Source of the DNA: Bacteroidota bacterium
GTDB lineage: Bacteria > Bacteroidota > Bacteroidia > Flavobacteriales > Flavobacteriaceae
Assembly: GCA_040385625.1 (NCBI GenBank)
Contig: JAZKHA010000021.1
Span: forward strand, 14,823 to 78,822
Direction: 5' to 3'
DNA: 64,000 nt
Below are positions 28,726 to 38,124 of the stretch, piece by piece; within the stretch, counting starts at the first letter, position 1, and the number at the start of each line of letters is the position of its first letter. A program made the translations under genes and the position numbers. The notes under the pieces were generated by a model. It was not told where the DNA came from. It did not search any database and worked only from the letters and a program-made list of their open reading frames with translations.

Positions 28726-28736
28726 ATAGCTAAACT

Positions 28737-31700
28737 TTACTTTATAATTTCAATCCACTGACCTTTACTTCGAGCCACGAAGCTGTTGTCATACATCGCT
28801 TCACATTGTACACCCGGGAGATAATACTGACCAAGATATGACGCATTGATTAACATCTTGAAAACACGAGTTTCTCTTGATTTCAATCCGAAATAATAAT
28901 TAGCCCTATCATCTCTTATATCAATGTAGTCTGCTAAATTTTCAGTGGCATTACCGTAATCGGTATAACGTGTGTTCACGATTTCAAATCCGGATGGTAG
29001 AATTTGGGTCAAAGCGATATTTGGTACAAATTCTCCTTTTTGATTAGTTAGAACTACCTCAGCAATCAGTTCAGTTCCTTGGTTGATTTTACCAACATTC
29101 ACCGCATTACCTTTTCGATCTTTGAAAGACACTTTGGCCGTCACATTATTACTCATTACCTTTTCCTGCCCCACAGGAAGGATACCGCTATTGATCACAC
29201 GGACAAACAACGTATTCTTTTTATTGTTTTTAATGGATAGTTTATTGGCTTTACCAATCACAATCAAATTACGCTGTGCAATTGCTTTCGTGGAAGTTAT
29301 TTTAAATGTTTTTCCACCAGAAGTATACTGAATATCAATCCCTTTTCCTCCATTGTATTTAGCAAATTTAGCCATCGCATATAATGAGTATGCCGTAGTT
29401 TGAGTACTCATCCAACGATCAGAAGATAGACTTTTGGCTAAATTTACCGCCATTGTAAACGCTTTCTGTTTCTGACCTAGCAAAATTAAAGTCTCCAATG
29501 TCATTGCTCTGTTTCTATCCTCTGAACCGTAACTGTAATAATAGTATGGAGAATAACTTTCAGTAATGTTAGTTTTTGACAATAAAGACAAGCCAGCTGA
29601 ATTTTGTTTTATCACAGCATAGGCCGCTGCTAATCTCAATTTACTTTCATTCGAAATCTTCTTGGTTTCTCTCAATCGGTTCATTGAGGCTAAATCGGCT
29701 GAACCAGCCAAAGCCAACGAATACAAACGATACGCCTGACCTAAATCACTTTGGTACTGACTTTCATAACGCCATTGCTTTGCCATTTTTTGCTGATAGG
29801 CAATCCATTTCGTTTTAAAATTAATTGGTAATGCATAACCTTTTTTCTCTGCTTCAAGCAAGAAATGGCCGGCATAACTTGTTCCCCAGTCATCTGCTTC
29901 AGGATCACCAGGCCAATAACTAAATCCACCATTCGCTAATTGGAAACTTGTTAACCTTTCAATCGCTGCTGATACATTTCGTTGAATCGATTGTTTTCTA
30001 CTTGGATCCAAATCGATAACATCGGTTAGATATAATTGCGGGAATACTGAAGAAGTCGTTTGTTCCACACAGCCGTGAGGGTATTGAATTAAATAATCTA
30101 GTCTTCTTCCAAAATCGATCGTTGGAATGGATGAAATTTCAACCATTGCTTTATTACTTCCAGCCACACCAAAACTATTCCAGCTGATCGTTTTACTTGC
30201 TCCGGAACCTAATGTTGCATCTGTAAATGCAGTTGTTACAGGATTCGGGTTTGTCACATCTATTTCTACATCGTACACCGATCTTTCGGCACCAGAAGTA
30301 GCAATAATTTGAATTTTTCCAATTCCTGTTGTATTTCCTACAACCAAATCAAAATAAGCCATTTTTTCATCTGGAGTTGCAAAATACAATTTCTGCGAAG
30401 CCGATCCAGCCATTCTTACCGCACTGTTTGTTTTCACTTGAACCGTTACATTTTTCACATGCTTTTCAGTTGCAAATAAAGTAACCGGAAGTGTCACTTT
30501 TTCGGAAGGTGATATTTTTCTCGGTAAAGAAGCCAATACCATCAGTGGACTTTTCACTGCTGTTGCTTTTTCAGCCATACCATATGCACTGTTTTCTGCA
30601 TTGGCAGCTACCACCATCGTTTTAACCGAACCGATATACTTTGGTAATTTAATCTGATGTGTTTTCGAATCGCCTTTATCCAACTTAAATGGACCTAAGT
30701 ACATCACAACAGGTTTGAACCTATTCGCTTTTTTAGCCTGTGATCCACCTGCATCCTGATCTCCACCAATACTGAAAATCTGATTTACTTTACCACCGTA
30801 AGCTCCAATTACATTATCATAGATATCCCAAGTACGCACACCTAATGCTTCGCGTGCATAGAAACTATCCCAGGCGTTCGGGGTTTTGAATCGTGTTAAA
30901 TCCAGTAAACCTTCGTCGACAACCGCAATGGTGTACGTCATGGCTTTACCGTTTTTCTCGCTCACTTTAACCGCAACTTTTTGCTCTGGTTTTAGTACAT
31001 CAGGCATCGAAATTTGAGGTTCGAGAACCGTTTGTTTGTCCACTACACTGATTGGCACGATGCCATACATACGAATAGGTGAATCGTTTTTGGTTGAAGC
31101 ATGAGGTTGCAGTAATGTTACATTAATATAAACATTTGGTGTCATATCTGATGTAATATCCAAATCAACCTTGGTCTCTCCTTTTTGAGTTTTTGTCCAA
31201 AATGCTTTCACCACTTTTGATCCGTTTTCTACAGAAATCAAGGCACGGCCACCTTCACTGGAAGGGAAGAATACTTTAGCCGTTTCGCCTACTGCATAAT
31301 CTTTTTTATCTGTAGAGAAACGAAGCATCGTCGCTTCTTTCCCATCGGTATTTTTAGACCGCTCCGACCAATATGGATAATCTAAAAACACTGTTTGCCC
31401 CGAAGCATGACCATCATTAGGGTCAATAGCACGGATTAAATAACGTCCCCAATCCTGTTCCGGAACTGAGAAATTAAGACTTCCTCTACCCGAGGCATCT
31501 GTATTAACAACAAACGTTTTATACGCAGTTGTAGATGTTCCAGTACTGTAACTTGATAAATTGTCAGACGATTCATCCCACCACCAACGAGAATCTACTT
31601 TATATACTTTTACTTCCAGACCTCGTACTGATTTTGGTTTTCCGTTTTCTCCCAAGGTTACAAATTCATAGTGATTGTTTTTCCCGGTTTCCAATAGACC

Positions 31701-34454
31701 ATATTTATTAGGCTCTGGTGCTTTAATGCCTACATACGTTGGATACGGAGAATATTTTACAGAAGTAACATCGGTACTCACATCACCTCCGTTTTCATAT
31801 ACTTTGGTAATGAAAGCTGCATTCAACATACCTGGAGCCTGCCCTTGCAATGAAGGATTAATTGGAAAACTCACTTTTCCTTCCTGATTGACTTTACCGG
31901 AATACACATTGATTTCTTCAGTAGAGAAATTACGGGTTGGATCATCAAACACATATTGATCGTATCCTTTAAACGAAGTAGCCTGCTGAGAAAATTTAGC
32001 CTGAACTTCCGTTTTTAAATCTTTGGCAACAGCACCATGCATCCACAATACCTGAACAGTATTGATGTTCTTTTTTGAAGCTGACAACACACCTTCATTA
32101 AAACTGTTTTTGATTTTTAAACGGTTTGGTTTAATCGTCTCTATTTTTACACTCTTATAAAATTGAGCACCACCTACGCTTATCATCGCTTCCCAATTTC
32201 CGGTAACAGCAGAACTCTGAGTAAGCAAACCAAACTTATAATGATGGAGGTCATTTGCCTTTTGTATTGTTTGATATATTGTTTTTCCCGCTGGATCATT
32301 CAATCGGAATTTTATTGGATGATTCTCTGGAATCTTATTTGCTTTATCATTCAGGATAAAAGATAAATGGATAGAATCTCCTGGACGCCAAACCCCTCTT
32401 TCTCCATAAATAAAACCTTTTAATCCTTTTTGCAAGGTTTCTCCTGAAACATCAAAATTACTAATTGACAATGACAGCTCATCATCTAACTTAACATAGG
32501 TACTGTTATCTCCTTTAGTAACAATAGCAAAATACGCATATTTTTTCAGATCGAAATGAGCCATACCATCCCCATCCGTAATCGTGCTGGCTAATTTTTG
32601 CTGTTGGTAATTATAGAGTTCGACTTTAGCTCCCGCAACCGGATCAGTACTCACAATATCACTTACTGCTACCATAACCGATTTATTGTTTCCTCTTTTT
32701 GCAATTACACCTAAATCAGTCGCAAGAATATTAGTCGAAACTTTAGTATTGTAGTAGTAATAATCAGTACATGGATCTTGGCTTTCTCTCCATTCATAAT
32801 CCTCTTCATAGTAATAATCATAATTATCTGACCCACTGTAATTCACATCATCTTCGTCTGTTTCCTCTTCGTCTGCTTGATTATCTTCGTCTGTAGTTCC
32901 GGTGCATTTGAATAACGAATATTTTTTCTTGAATGAAAACTCTACACGGTAAATTGCTCCGGGTTCCGGAGTAATTACTTTCGATAAATCGAGTGCATAG
33001 GTATTCCATTTGGTATAATCCAGCAACTCATTCTGTTTGAGCTCCAGTGTAGATTTCGCCACAGGTTGGCTGACTTTCTTAAGGTTGTTTGCTCCGTTCA
33101 GTTCGTTATCTTGTAAAAACTGAAGAATATTATTTTTATAAATTTTATAGATTTTAACATCAACCTTTTTAAGGTTAGCTGCCTCAAAATTAATTTTTAA
33201 ATTATTGGAACTTGGCAAAATTGTTCCGTTTTTAACAAATTTCACTGCTGGATTGATAGGGTCAAAATCAATTCTCTTCGAATAATTCGTAGTCATTTCG
33301 TCCCCATAAATATTCTTGATTCCCTGAAATACTTCCACCAGTTTATTTCCTGAAACCGTTACCGAATTTGCAACTGGTTGGGCATATTCTTCCTCATCGG
33401 CTTCCTCCACAACTTCCTGCACAGGCTCAGCCACTACCGCACTATCGACCGCAGCTACTGCACTATCCACAACCGTTGAAGCAGCAACATCAACTGCTAC
33501 AGTTGAATCAACAGCAGTCGTCTCAACTTCTGTAGCTATAACCTCAACAACTTGTTCAGACTGAACTGGAGTTTGGTTATTGAAATATACTTTTAGTACA
33601 TTCCCCATAGTTGCATATTTTACATCGCTGGTATTCTCAATAGCAACTAAGCCTTTAAAATCTTGGTCTTTTTTTAAGGGATCCGAAAAATTAATCAATA
33701 ACGACTGATTGTTTTCATCACCAATTTTTATATCCATCACTTTAAACTCTCCTTTTGCAGGAATGGCTATTTTAGATTTTCCTTCTCTTTCAATATCGGC
33801 ATCGTCACCATCCCATTCCAATACAATTTCACTTGCTTCATCAAAACGTTTTATTCCTTCTACTCTGAATTTAAATTCGGTTGTTGAACTATTATCTTTA
33901 TCAAAAATTACTTTTAAGTCATCCCCATTCTGACTGCACTCCAGCAATTCTGCAACTTCATCAAATTCTAAAAAATCGGCAGTTTTTAAAGTACCATTCA
34001 TATAATAGGTTTCTTTGTCAGACGACTGTATGTCATCAGTTGTAACCGTAAAATCTTGTTTGATGGTTTTTAAAGAAAATTTGAATTCCGACAATTCCTT
34101 TGGGACATTCGTAATTTTATCCAACTTTAACGAAACCTGATACAAGGTATTCTGGTCTAATTTTTCACTCGGAACAAATGCAAGAGTATTTGGCGAAAGC
34201 GCCACTAATTTACCACTAACATTTGGTGAAATATCCAACAAATCACTATCTAATTCCTGATTGACCTTCCATGAAGGATTGTTGAATGCAAGTTGCACCC
34301 TGATATCGGATTTAACAGAAACAAATCCGGAAGTAAATGCCGAAATGTGATTTTTGAAAAGCTCAAAATTGGAATCAAAATCGGTCGCTTTTTTACCACA
34401 AGAAAAAAGAACGGAAAAAATCAGGAAAATCCCGATAAACCTTGTTAGTTTCAT
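28737..34454 (-). CDS. Bacterial alpha-2-macroglobulin-family lipoprotein (YfhM/ECAM-like) with an intact thioester motif
   Basis: 1905 aa. Lipobox LFSCGKK. Repeated macroglobulin-type beta-sandwich segments. Thioester motif GCVEQ. Terpenoid-cyclase-like TED region (QLANGGFSYWPG). Adjacent to pbpC. Confidence 0.9.
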   Translation of the reverse strand: MKLTRFIGIFLIFSVLFSCGKKATDFDSNFELFKNHISAFTSGFVSVKSDIRVQLAFNNPSWKVNQELDSDLLDISPNVSGKLVALSPNTLAFVPSEKLDQNTLYQVSLKLDKITNVPKELSEFKFSLKTIKQDFTVTTDDIQSSDKETYYMNGTLKTADFLEFDEVAELLECSQNGDDLKVIFDKDNSSTTEFKFRVEGIKRFDEASEIVLEWDGDDADIEREGKSKIAIPAKGEFKVMDIKIGDENNQSLLINFSDPLKKDQDFKGLVAIENTSDVKYATMGNVLKVYFNNQTPVQSEQVVEVIATEVETTAVDSTVAVDVAASTVVDSAVAAVDSAVVAEPVQEVVEEADEEEYAQPVANSVTVSGNKLVEVFQGIKNIYGDEMTTNYSKRIDFDPINPAVKFVKNGTILPSSNNLKINFEAANLKKVDVKIYKIYKNNILQFLQDNELNGANNLKKVSQPVAKSTLELKQNELLDYTKWNTYALDLSKVITPEPGAIYRVEFSFKKKYSLFKCTGTTDEDNQADEEETDEDDVNYSGSDNYDYYYEEDYEWRESQDPCTDYYYYNTKVSTNILATDLGVIAKRGNNKSVMVAVSDIVSTDPVAGAKVELYNYQQQKLASTITDGDGMAHFDLKKYAYFAIVTKGDNSTYVKLDDELSLSISNFDVSGETLQKGLKGFIYGERGVWRPGDSIHLSFILNDKANKIPENHPIKFRLNDPAGKTIYQTIQKANDLHHYKFGLLTQSSAVTGNWEAMISVGGAQFYKSVKIETIKPNRLKIKNSFNEGVLSASKKNINTVQVLWMHGAVAKDLKTEVQAKFSQQATSFKGYDQYVFDDPTRNFSTEEINVYSGKVNQEGKVSFPINPSLQGQAPGMLNAAFITKVYENGGDVSTDVTSVKYSPYPTYVGIKAPEPNKYGLLETGKNNHYEFVTLGENGKPKSVRGLEVKVYKVDSRWWWDESSDNLSSYSTGTSTTAYKTFVVNTDASGRGSLNFSVPEQDWGRYLIRAIDPNDGHASGQTVFLDYPYWSERSKNTDGKEATMLRFSTDKKDYAVGETAKVFFPSSEGGRALISVENGSKVVKAFWTKTQKGETKVDLDITSDMTPNVYINVTLLQPHASTKNDSPIRMYGIVPISVVDKQTVLEPQISMPDVLKPEQKVAVKVSEKNGKAMTYTIAVVDEGLLDLTRFKTPNAWDSFYAREALGVRTWDIYDNVIGAYGGKVNQIFSIGGDQDAGGSQAKKANRFKPVVMYLGPFKLDKGDSKTHQIKLPKYIGSVKTMVVAANAENSAYGMAEKATAVKSPLMVLASLPRKISPSEKVTLPVTLFATEKHVKNVTVQVKTNSAVRMAGSASQKLYFATPDEKMAYFDLVVGNTTGIGKIQIIATSGAERSVYDVEIDVTNPNPVTTAFTDATLGSGASKTISWNSFGVAGSNKAMVEISSIPTIDFGRRLDYLIQYPHGCVEQTTSSVFPQLYLTDVIDLDPSRKQSIQRNVSAAIERLTSFQLANGGFSYWPGDPEADDWGTSYAGHFLLEAEKKGYALPINFKTKWIAYQQKMAKQWRYESQYQSDLGQAYRLYSLALAGSADLASMNRLRETKKISNESKLRLAAAYAVIKQNSAGLSLLSKTNITESYSPYYYYSYGSEDRNRAMTLETLILLGQKQKAFTMAVNLAKSLSSDRWMSTQTTAYSLYAMAKFAKYNGGKGIDIQYTSGGKTFKITSTKAIAQRNLIVIGKANKLSIKNNKKNTLFVRVINSGILPVGQEKVMSNNVTAKVSFKDRKGNAVNVGKINQGTELIAEVVLTNQKGEFVPNIALTQILPSGFEIVNTRYTDYGNATENLADYIDIRDDRANYYFGLKSRETRVFKMLINASYLGQYYLPGVQCEAMYDNSFVARSKGQWIEIIK
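30060..30071 (-). other. Thioester site CVEQ of the alpha-2-macroglobulin (Cys1462)
   Basis: Translated directly as TAC CCT CAC GGC TGT GTG GAA CAA = YPHGCVEQ on the minus strand. Confidence 0.85.
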
Positions 34455-34568
34455 AGAATTTTAAAGTTGTTTTTAAATTGTTTTATGTAGTAAATGTAAG
34501 AAGATTTTGTCAAAATTTAACATTAAAATTAATTTCGTGAAATACCAATTTCTTTTCTAAATAATAGC

Positions 34569-34576
34569 TACTTTTG
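34569..34576 (+). promoter_or_regulatory. Candidate -7 promoter box (TACTTTTG) upstream of gcvP
   Basis: TAnnTTTG match 127 nt before the gcvP ATG, which implies a leader of about 120 nt. Confidence 0.35.
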
Positions 34577-34702
34577 TTCCTCAAAAATCAGATTATTATG
34601 TTGTAATTTTTAGCAAAAAGGGCATTACAATCAAGGTAAAACATCAAGCATAGTTAACTGATTTTGAACACACAACTTTATATTTAGCATTTATCAAACA
34701 AA

Positions 34703-37552
34703 ATGAGAACAGACGCATTTGCATTAAGACACATTGGTCCGAGAGAAACTGATCTACAACACATGTTTAAAACTATTGGCGTAAGAGATATGAGCCAATT
34801 GCTTTATGAGACTTTTCCTGACGGAATCCGTTTAAAAGAAGATATCAAATTAGACCCAGCCATGACGGAATATGAGTATTTAACTCACATTACGCAGTTG
34901 GGAGCCAAAAATAAAGTATTCAAATCATACATTGGTTTAGGATACCACCCAGCTATCGTTCCACCGGTAATTCAAAGAAATATTTTTGAAAACCCGGGTT
35001 GGTACACTGCTTATACACCATATCAAGCAGAAATTGCACAAGGTCGTTTGGAAGCTTTATTGAATTTTCAAACTACAATTATCGAATTGACTGGAATGGA
35101 AATTGCCAACGCATCTTTACTTGACGAAGGTACAGCAGCTGCAGAAGCAATGGCTTTGTTGTTTGATGTTCGTTCTCGTGATCAAAAGAAAAATAACGTT
35201 AGCAAATTCTTTGTTTCGGAAGAAATTTTACCACAAACGTTATCGATTTTAGAAACACGTTCTACTCCTTTAAATATTGAATTAGTGGTTGGTAATCATG
35301 AAACTTTTGATTTTTCTGCTGATTATTTCGGAGCTATTTTACAATACCCAGGGAAATTTGGTCAAGTTCACGACTATTCACAATTTATAGCAAAAGCTGC
35401 TGAAAATGAAATTAAAGTAGCAGTTGCTGCCGACATTTTATCTTTAGTAAAATTAACTTCTCCAGGAGAATTAGGTGCAGCTGTTGTAGTAGGAACTACA
35501 CAACGTTTTGGTATTCCAATGGGATTTGGCGGACCTCACGCAGGTTTCTTCGCCACTAAAGAAGAATACAAACGTTCGATGCCAGGTAGAATTATTGGTG
35601 TTTCTATCGATGTAAACGGAAACCGTGCCTTACGTATGGCGTTAGGTACTCGTGAGCAACATATCAAACGTGAAAAAGCAACTTCAAACATTTGTACTGC
35701 TCAGGTGTTACTAGCCGTTATGGCGGGAATGTATGCAGTTTATCACGGGCCAAAAGGATTACAATACATTGCTAATAAAGTACATGCTTCGGCAGTGACT
35801 ACTGCAAAAGCGTTGGCTTCTTTAGGTATTAATCAAGTAAATTCAGCGTTCTTTGATACACTTTTAGTGAAAGCAGATGCTGAAAAAGTAAAAGCTATTG
35901 CAGAAAAGAACGAATTCAACTTCTTCTACCCTAATAAAGACTGTGTTTCGATTTCATTTAACGAAACAACTTCAATTGCCGACATCAACACCATCATCGC
36001 TATCTTCTCTGAAGCAGCGGGTAAATCGGCAGTGCACGTTTCTGAATTGACTTCAGAAAACAACATTCAAAACAATTTAGTAAGAACTTCAACATTCTTA
36101 CAACACGACGTATTCAACAACCACCATTCGGAGAGTCAGTTGATGCGTTATATCAAAAGATTAGAGCGTAAAGATTTATCGTTAAATCATTCGATGATTT
36201 CGTTAGGCTCATGTACAATGAAATTGAACGCTGCAGCAGAAATGTTACCACTTTCAATGCCAAATTGGAACAACATTCACCCTTTTGCGCCAGCTGATCA
36301 AGCACAAGGTTATATGACCATGTTGAAAAAATTAGAGCAACAGCTGAATGTAGTTACTGGTTTCAAAGGAACATCATTACAACCCAACTCAGGAGCACAG
36401 GGAGAGTATGCTGGTTTAATGGCAATCCGTGCCTACCATATTTCACGTGGTGATGGTCATAGAAACGTATGTTTGATTCCATCATCGGCTCACGGAACCA
36501 ATCCGGCTTCGGCAGCAATGGCAGGAATGAAAATTATCGTAACCAAAACTACTCCAGAAGGAAATATTGACGTTGAGGATTTAAGAGCAAGAGCTATTGA
36601 ACACAAAGATGACTTATCTTGTTTAATGGTGACTTATCCTTCAACTCACGGAGTTTACGAATCTTCAATTATTGAAATCACTCAATTAATCCACGATAAC
36701 GGCGGATTAGTATATATGGATGGTGCAAATATGAATGCTCAAGTAGGATTAACCAATCCTGCCACTATTGGCGCTGATGTTTGTCACTTGAACTTACACA
36801 AAACCTTTGCTATCCCTCACGGTGGTGGTGGACCAGGTGTTGGACCAATTTGTGTGAATGAAAAATTAGTTGACTTCTTACCTACTAACCCAGTAGTAAC
36901 AACTGGAGGAAAAGACGCTATCACTGCTATTTCAGCTGCACCTTACGGATCAGCCTTGGTTTGTTTGATTTCTTACGGTTACATTACGATGTTAGGTGCT
37001 GAAGGATTACGTTCGTCAACTGAACATGCGATTTTAAATGCCAACTATATGAAAGCGCGTTTAGAAGACCATTTCCCTATTTTATATTCAGGAGAATGTG
37101 GACGTGCCGCTCACGAAATGATTTTAGATTGTCGTGAATTCAAACAAAACGGAATTGAAGTAACTGATATAGCAAAACGTTTAATGGATTATGGTTTCCA
37201 TGCCCCAACGGTTTCTTTCCCAGTAGCTGGTACTTTAATGGTTGAACCTACTGAGTCGGAAGATTTAGGGGAATTAGATCGTTTTTGTGATGCGATGATT
37301 TCTATTCGAAAAGAAATCACTGAAGCTTCAGCAGAAAACCCAAACAATCCTTTGAAAAATGCACCTCATACTCTAGCCATGTTAACATCAGACGCGTGGG
37401 ATTTACCGTATACAAGAGAAAAAGCAGCCTACCCGCTAGAGTATGTTGCCGATAATAAATTCTGGCCTTCTGTACGTCGTGTAGATGATGCTTTTGGAGA
37501 CAGAAATTTAGTTTGTTCTTGTGCGCCAATTGAGGCTTACATGGAAAATTAA
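34703..37552 (+). CDS. gcvP: Glycine dehydrogenase (decarboxylating), single-chain P-protein
   Basis: 949 aa. YTPYQAEIAQGRLE, the PLP-lysine region NLHKTFAIPHGGGGPG, and homology across the full length. Confidence 0.95.
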   Translation: MRTDAFALRHIGPRETDLQHMFKTIGVRDMSQLLYETFPDGIRLKEDIKLDPAMTEYEYLTHITQLGAKNKVFKSYIGLGYHPAIVPPVIQRNIFENPGWYTAYTPYQAEIAQGRLEALLNFQTTIIELTGMEIANASLLDEGTAAAEAMALLFDVRSRDQKKNNVSKFFVSEEILPQTLSILETRSTPLNIELVVGNHETFDFSADYFGAILQYPGKFGQVHDYSQFIAKAAENEIKVAVAADILSLVKLTSPGELGAAVVVGTTQRFGIPMGFGGPHAGFFATKEEYKRSMPGRIIGVSIDVNGNRALRMALGTREQHIKREKATSNICTAQVLLAVMAGMYAVYHGPKGLQYIANKVHASAVTTAKALASLGINQVNSAFFDTLLVKADAEKVKAIAEKNEFNFFYPNKDCVSISFNETTSIADINTIIAIFSEAAGKSAVHVSELTSENNIQNNLVRTSTFLQHDVFNNHHSESQLMRYIKRLERKDLSLNHSMISLGSCTMKLNAAAEMLPLSMPNWNNIHPFAPADQAQGYMTMLKKLEQQLNVVTGFKGTSLQPNSGAQGEYAGLMAIRAYHISRGDGHRNVCLIPSSAHGTNPASAAMAGMKIIVTKTTPEGNIDVEDLRARAIEHKDDLSCLMVTYPSTHGVYESSIIEITQLIHDNGGLVYMDGANMNAQVGLTNPATIGADVCHLNLHKTFAIPHGGGGPGVGPICVNEKLVDFLPTNPVVTTGGKDAITAISAAPYGSALVCLISYGYITMLGAEGLRSSTEHAILNANYMKARLEDHFPILYSGECGRAAHEMILDCREFKQNGIEVTDIAKRLMDYGFHAPTVSFPVAGTLMVEPTESEDLGELDRFCDAMISIRKEITEASAENPNNPLKNAPHTLAMLTSDAWDLPYTREKAAYPLEYVADNKFWPSVRRVDDAFGDRNLVCSCAPIEAYMEN

Positions 37553-37577
37553 TTCAATTGAATTGAAAATAAAACAA

Positions 37578-37611
37578 AAAGGTTTCAGACATTTTATCTG
37601 AAACCTTTTTT
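37578..37611 (+). terminator. Rho-independent terminator after gcvP
   Basis: 12-bp stem AAAGGTTTCAGA / TCTGAAACCTTT with a 7-nt loop and a T tail. Confidence 0.85.
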
Positions 37612-37622
37612 AATTTTACAGT

Positions 37623-38000
37623 ATGAAAGACATTCAAACCCAAGAAGATTTATATGTATTGGTTGATGAGTTTTACAAAAAGCTTCTCGCCGATCCTGCT
37701 ATTAGTTATATTTTTACCGATGTGGTTAAAATAAAAATTGAAGAACATTTACCTATCTTGGTTACCTTTTGGTCACAAGGTATTTTAGGCACTGGCGGCT
37801 ATACCAAAAACTTGACAGAAATTCATTTGGATATTGACAAAAAAGAGCATTTAACTCCCGAATTGTTCCAAATTTGGTTAGAACTTTTTAATTCGACCGT
37901 AGATGAATTATTTTCAGGAACAAAAGCCGAACAAATAAAAACGCAGGCGCTAAGTATTGCAACGATTATGCAGATTAAAATCCACCAACAAAATCAGTAA
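37623..38000 (+). CDS. Truncated-hemoglobin-like globin-fold protein (group III type)
   Basis: 125 aa. The N-terminus LVDEFYKKLLADP..I..F resembles the trHb family. The His-containing segment is LTEIHLDIDKKEHL. Confidence 0.55.
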   Translation: MKDIQTQEDLYVLVDEFYKKLLADPAISYIFTDVVKIKIEEHLPILVTFWSQGILGTGGYTKNLTEIHLDIDKKEHLTPELFQIWLELFNSTVDELFSGTKAEQIKTQALSIATIMQIKIHQQNQ

Positions 38001-38124
38001 TTTTTACATTATCAATAATTTAACGTTAAAATAATTTTGATTTCAATAAAAATGAATTCTTTTTAAAATTTTTAACCTCGAAACTTATATTAATTGGTAA
38101 TTTAGTAATATAAAAATATCCATA

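Noticed and set aside
29083-32366. Several 61-82-aa plus-strand ORFs inside the alpha-2-macroglobulin gene (for example 29083-29331, 29576-29818, 31675-31887)
   Set aside because: All are antisense to one continuous 1905-codon ORF with clear family motifs. They are short, unrelated in composition, and expected by chance in a 5.7-kb gene.
34577-34702. Possible glycine riboswitch in the gcvP leader
   Set aside because: I could not find either of the conserved aptamer cores (GGAGAG...ACCGAAGGGGCAA-like). Only a generic 7-bp hairpin is present. A covariance-model scan is needed before making any claim.
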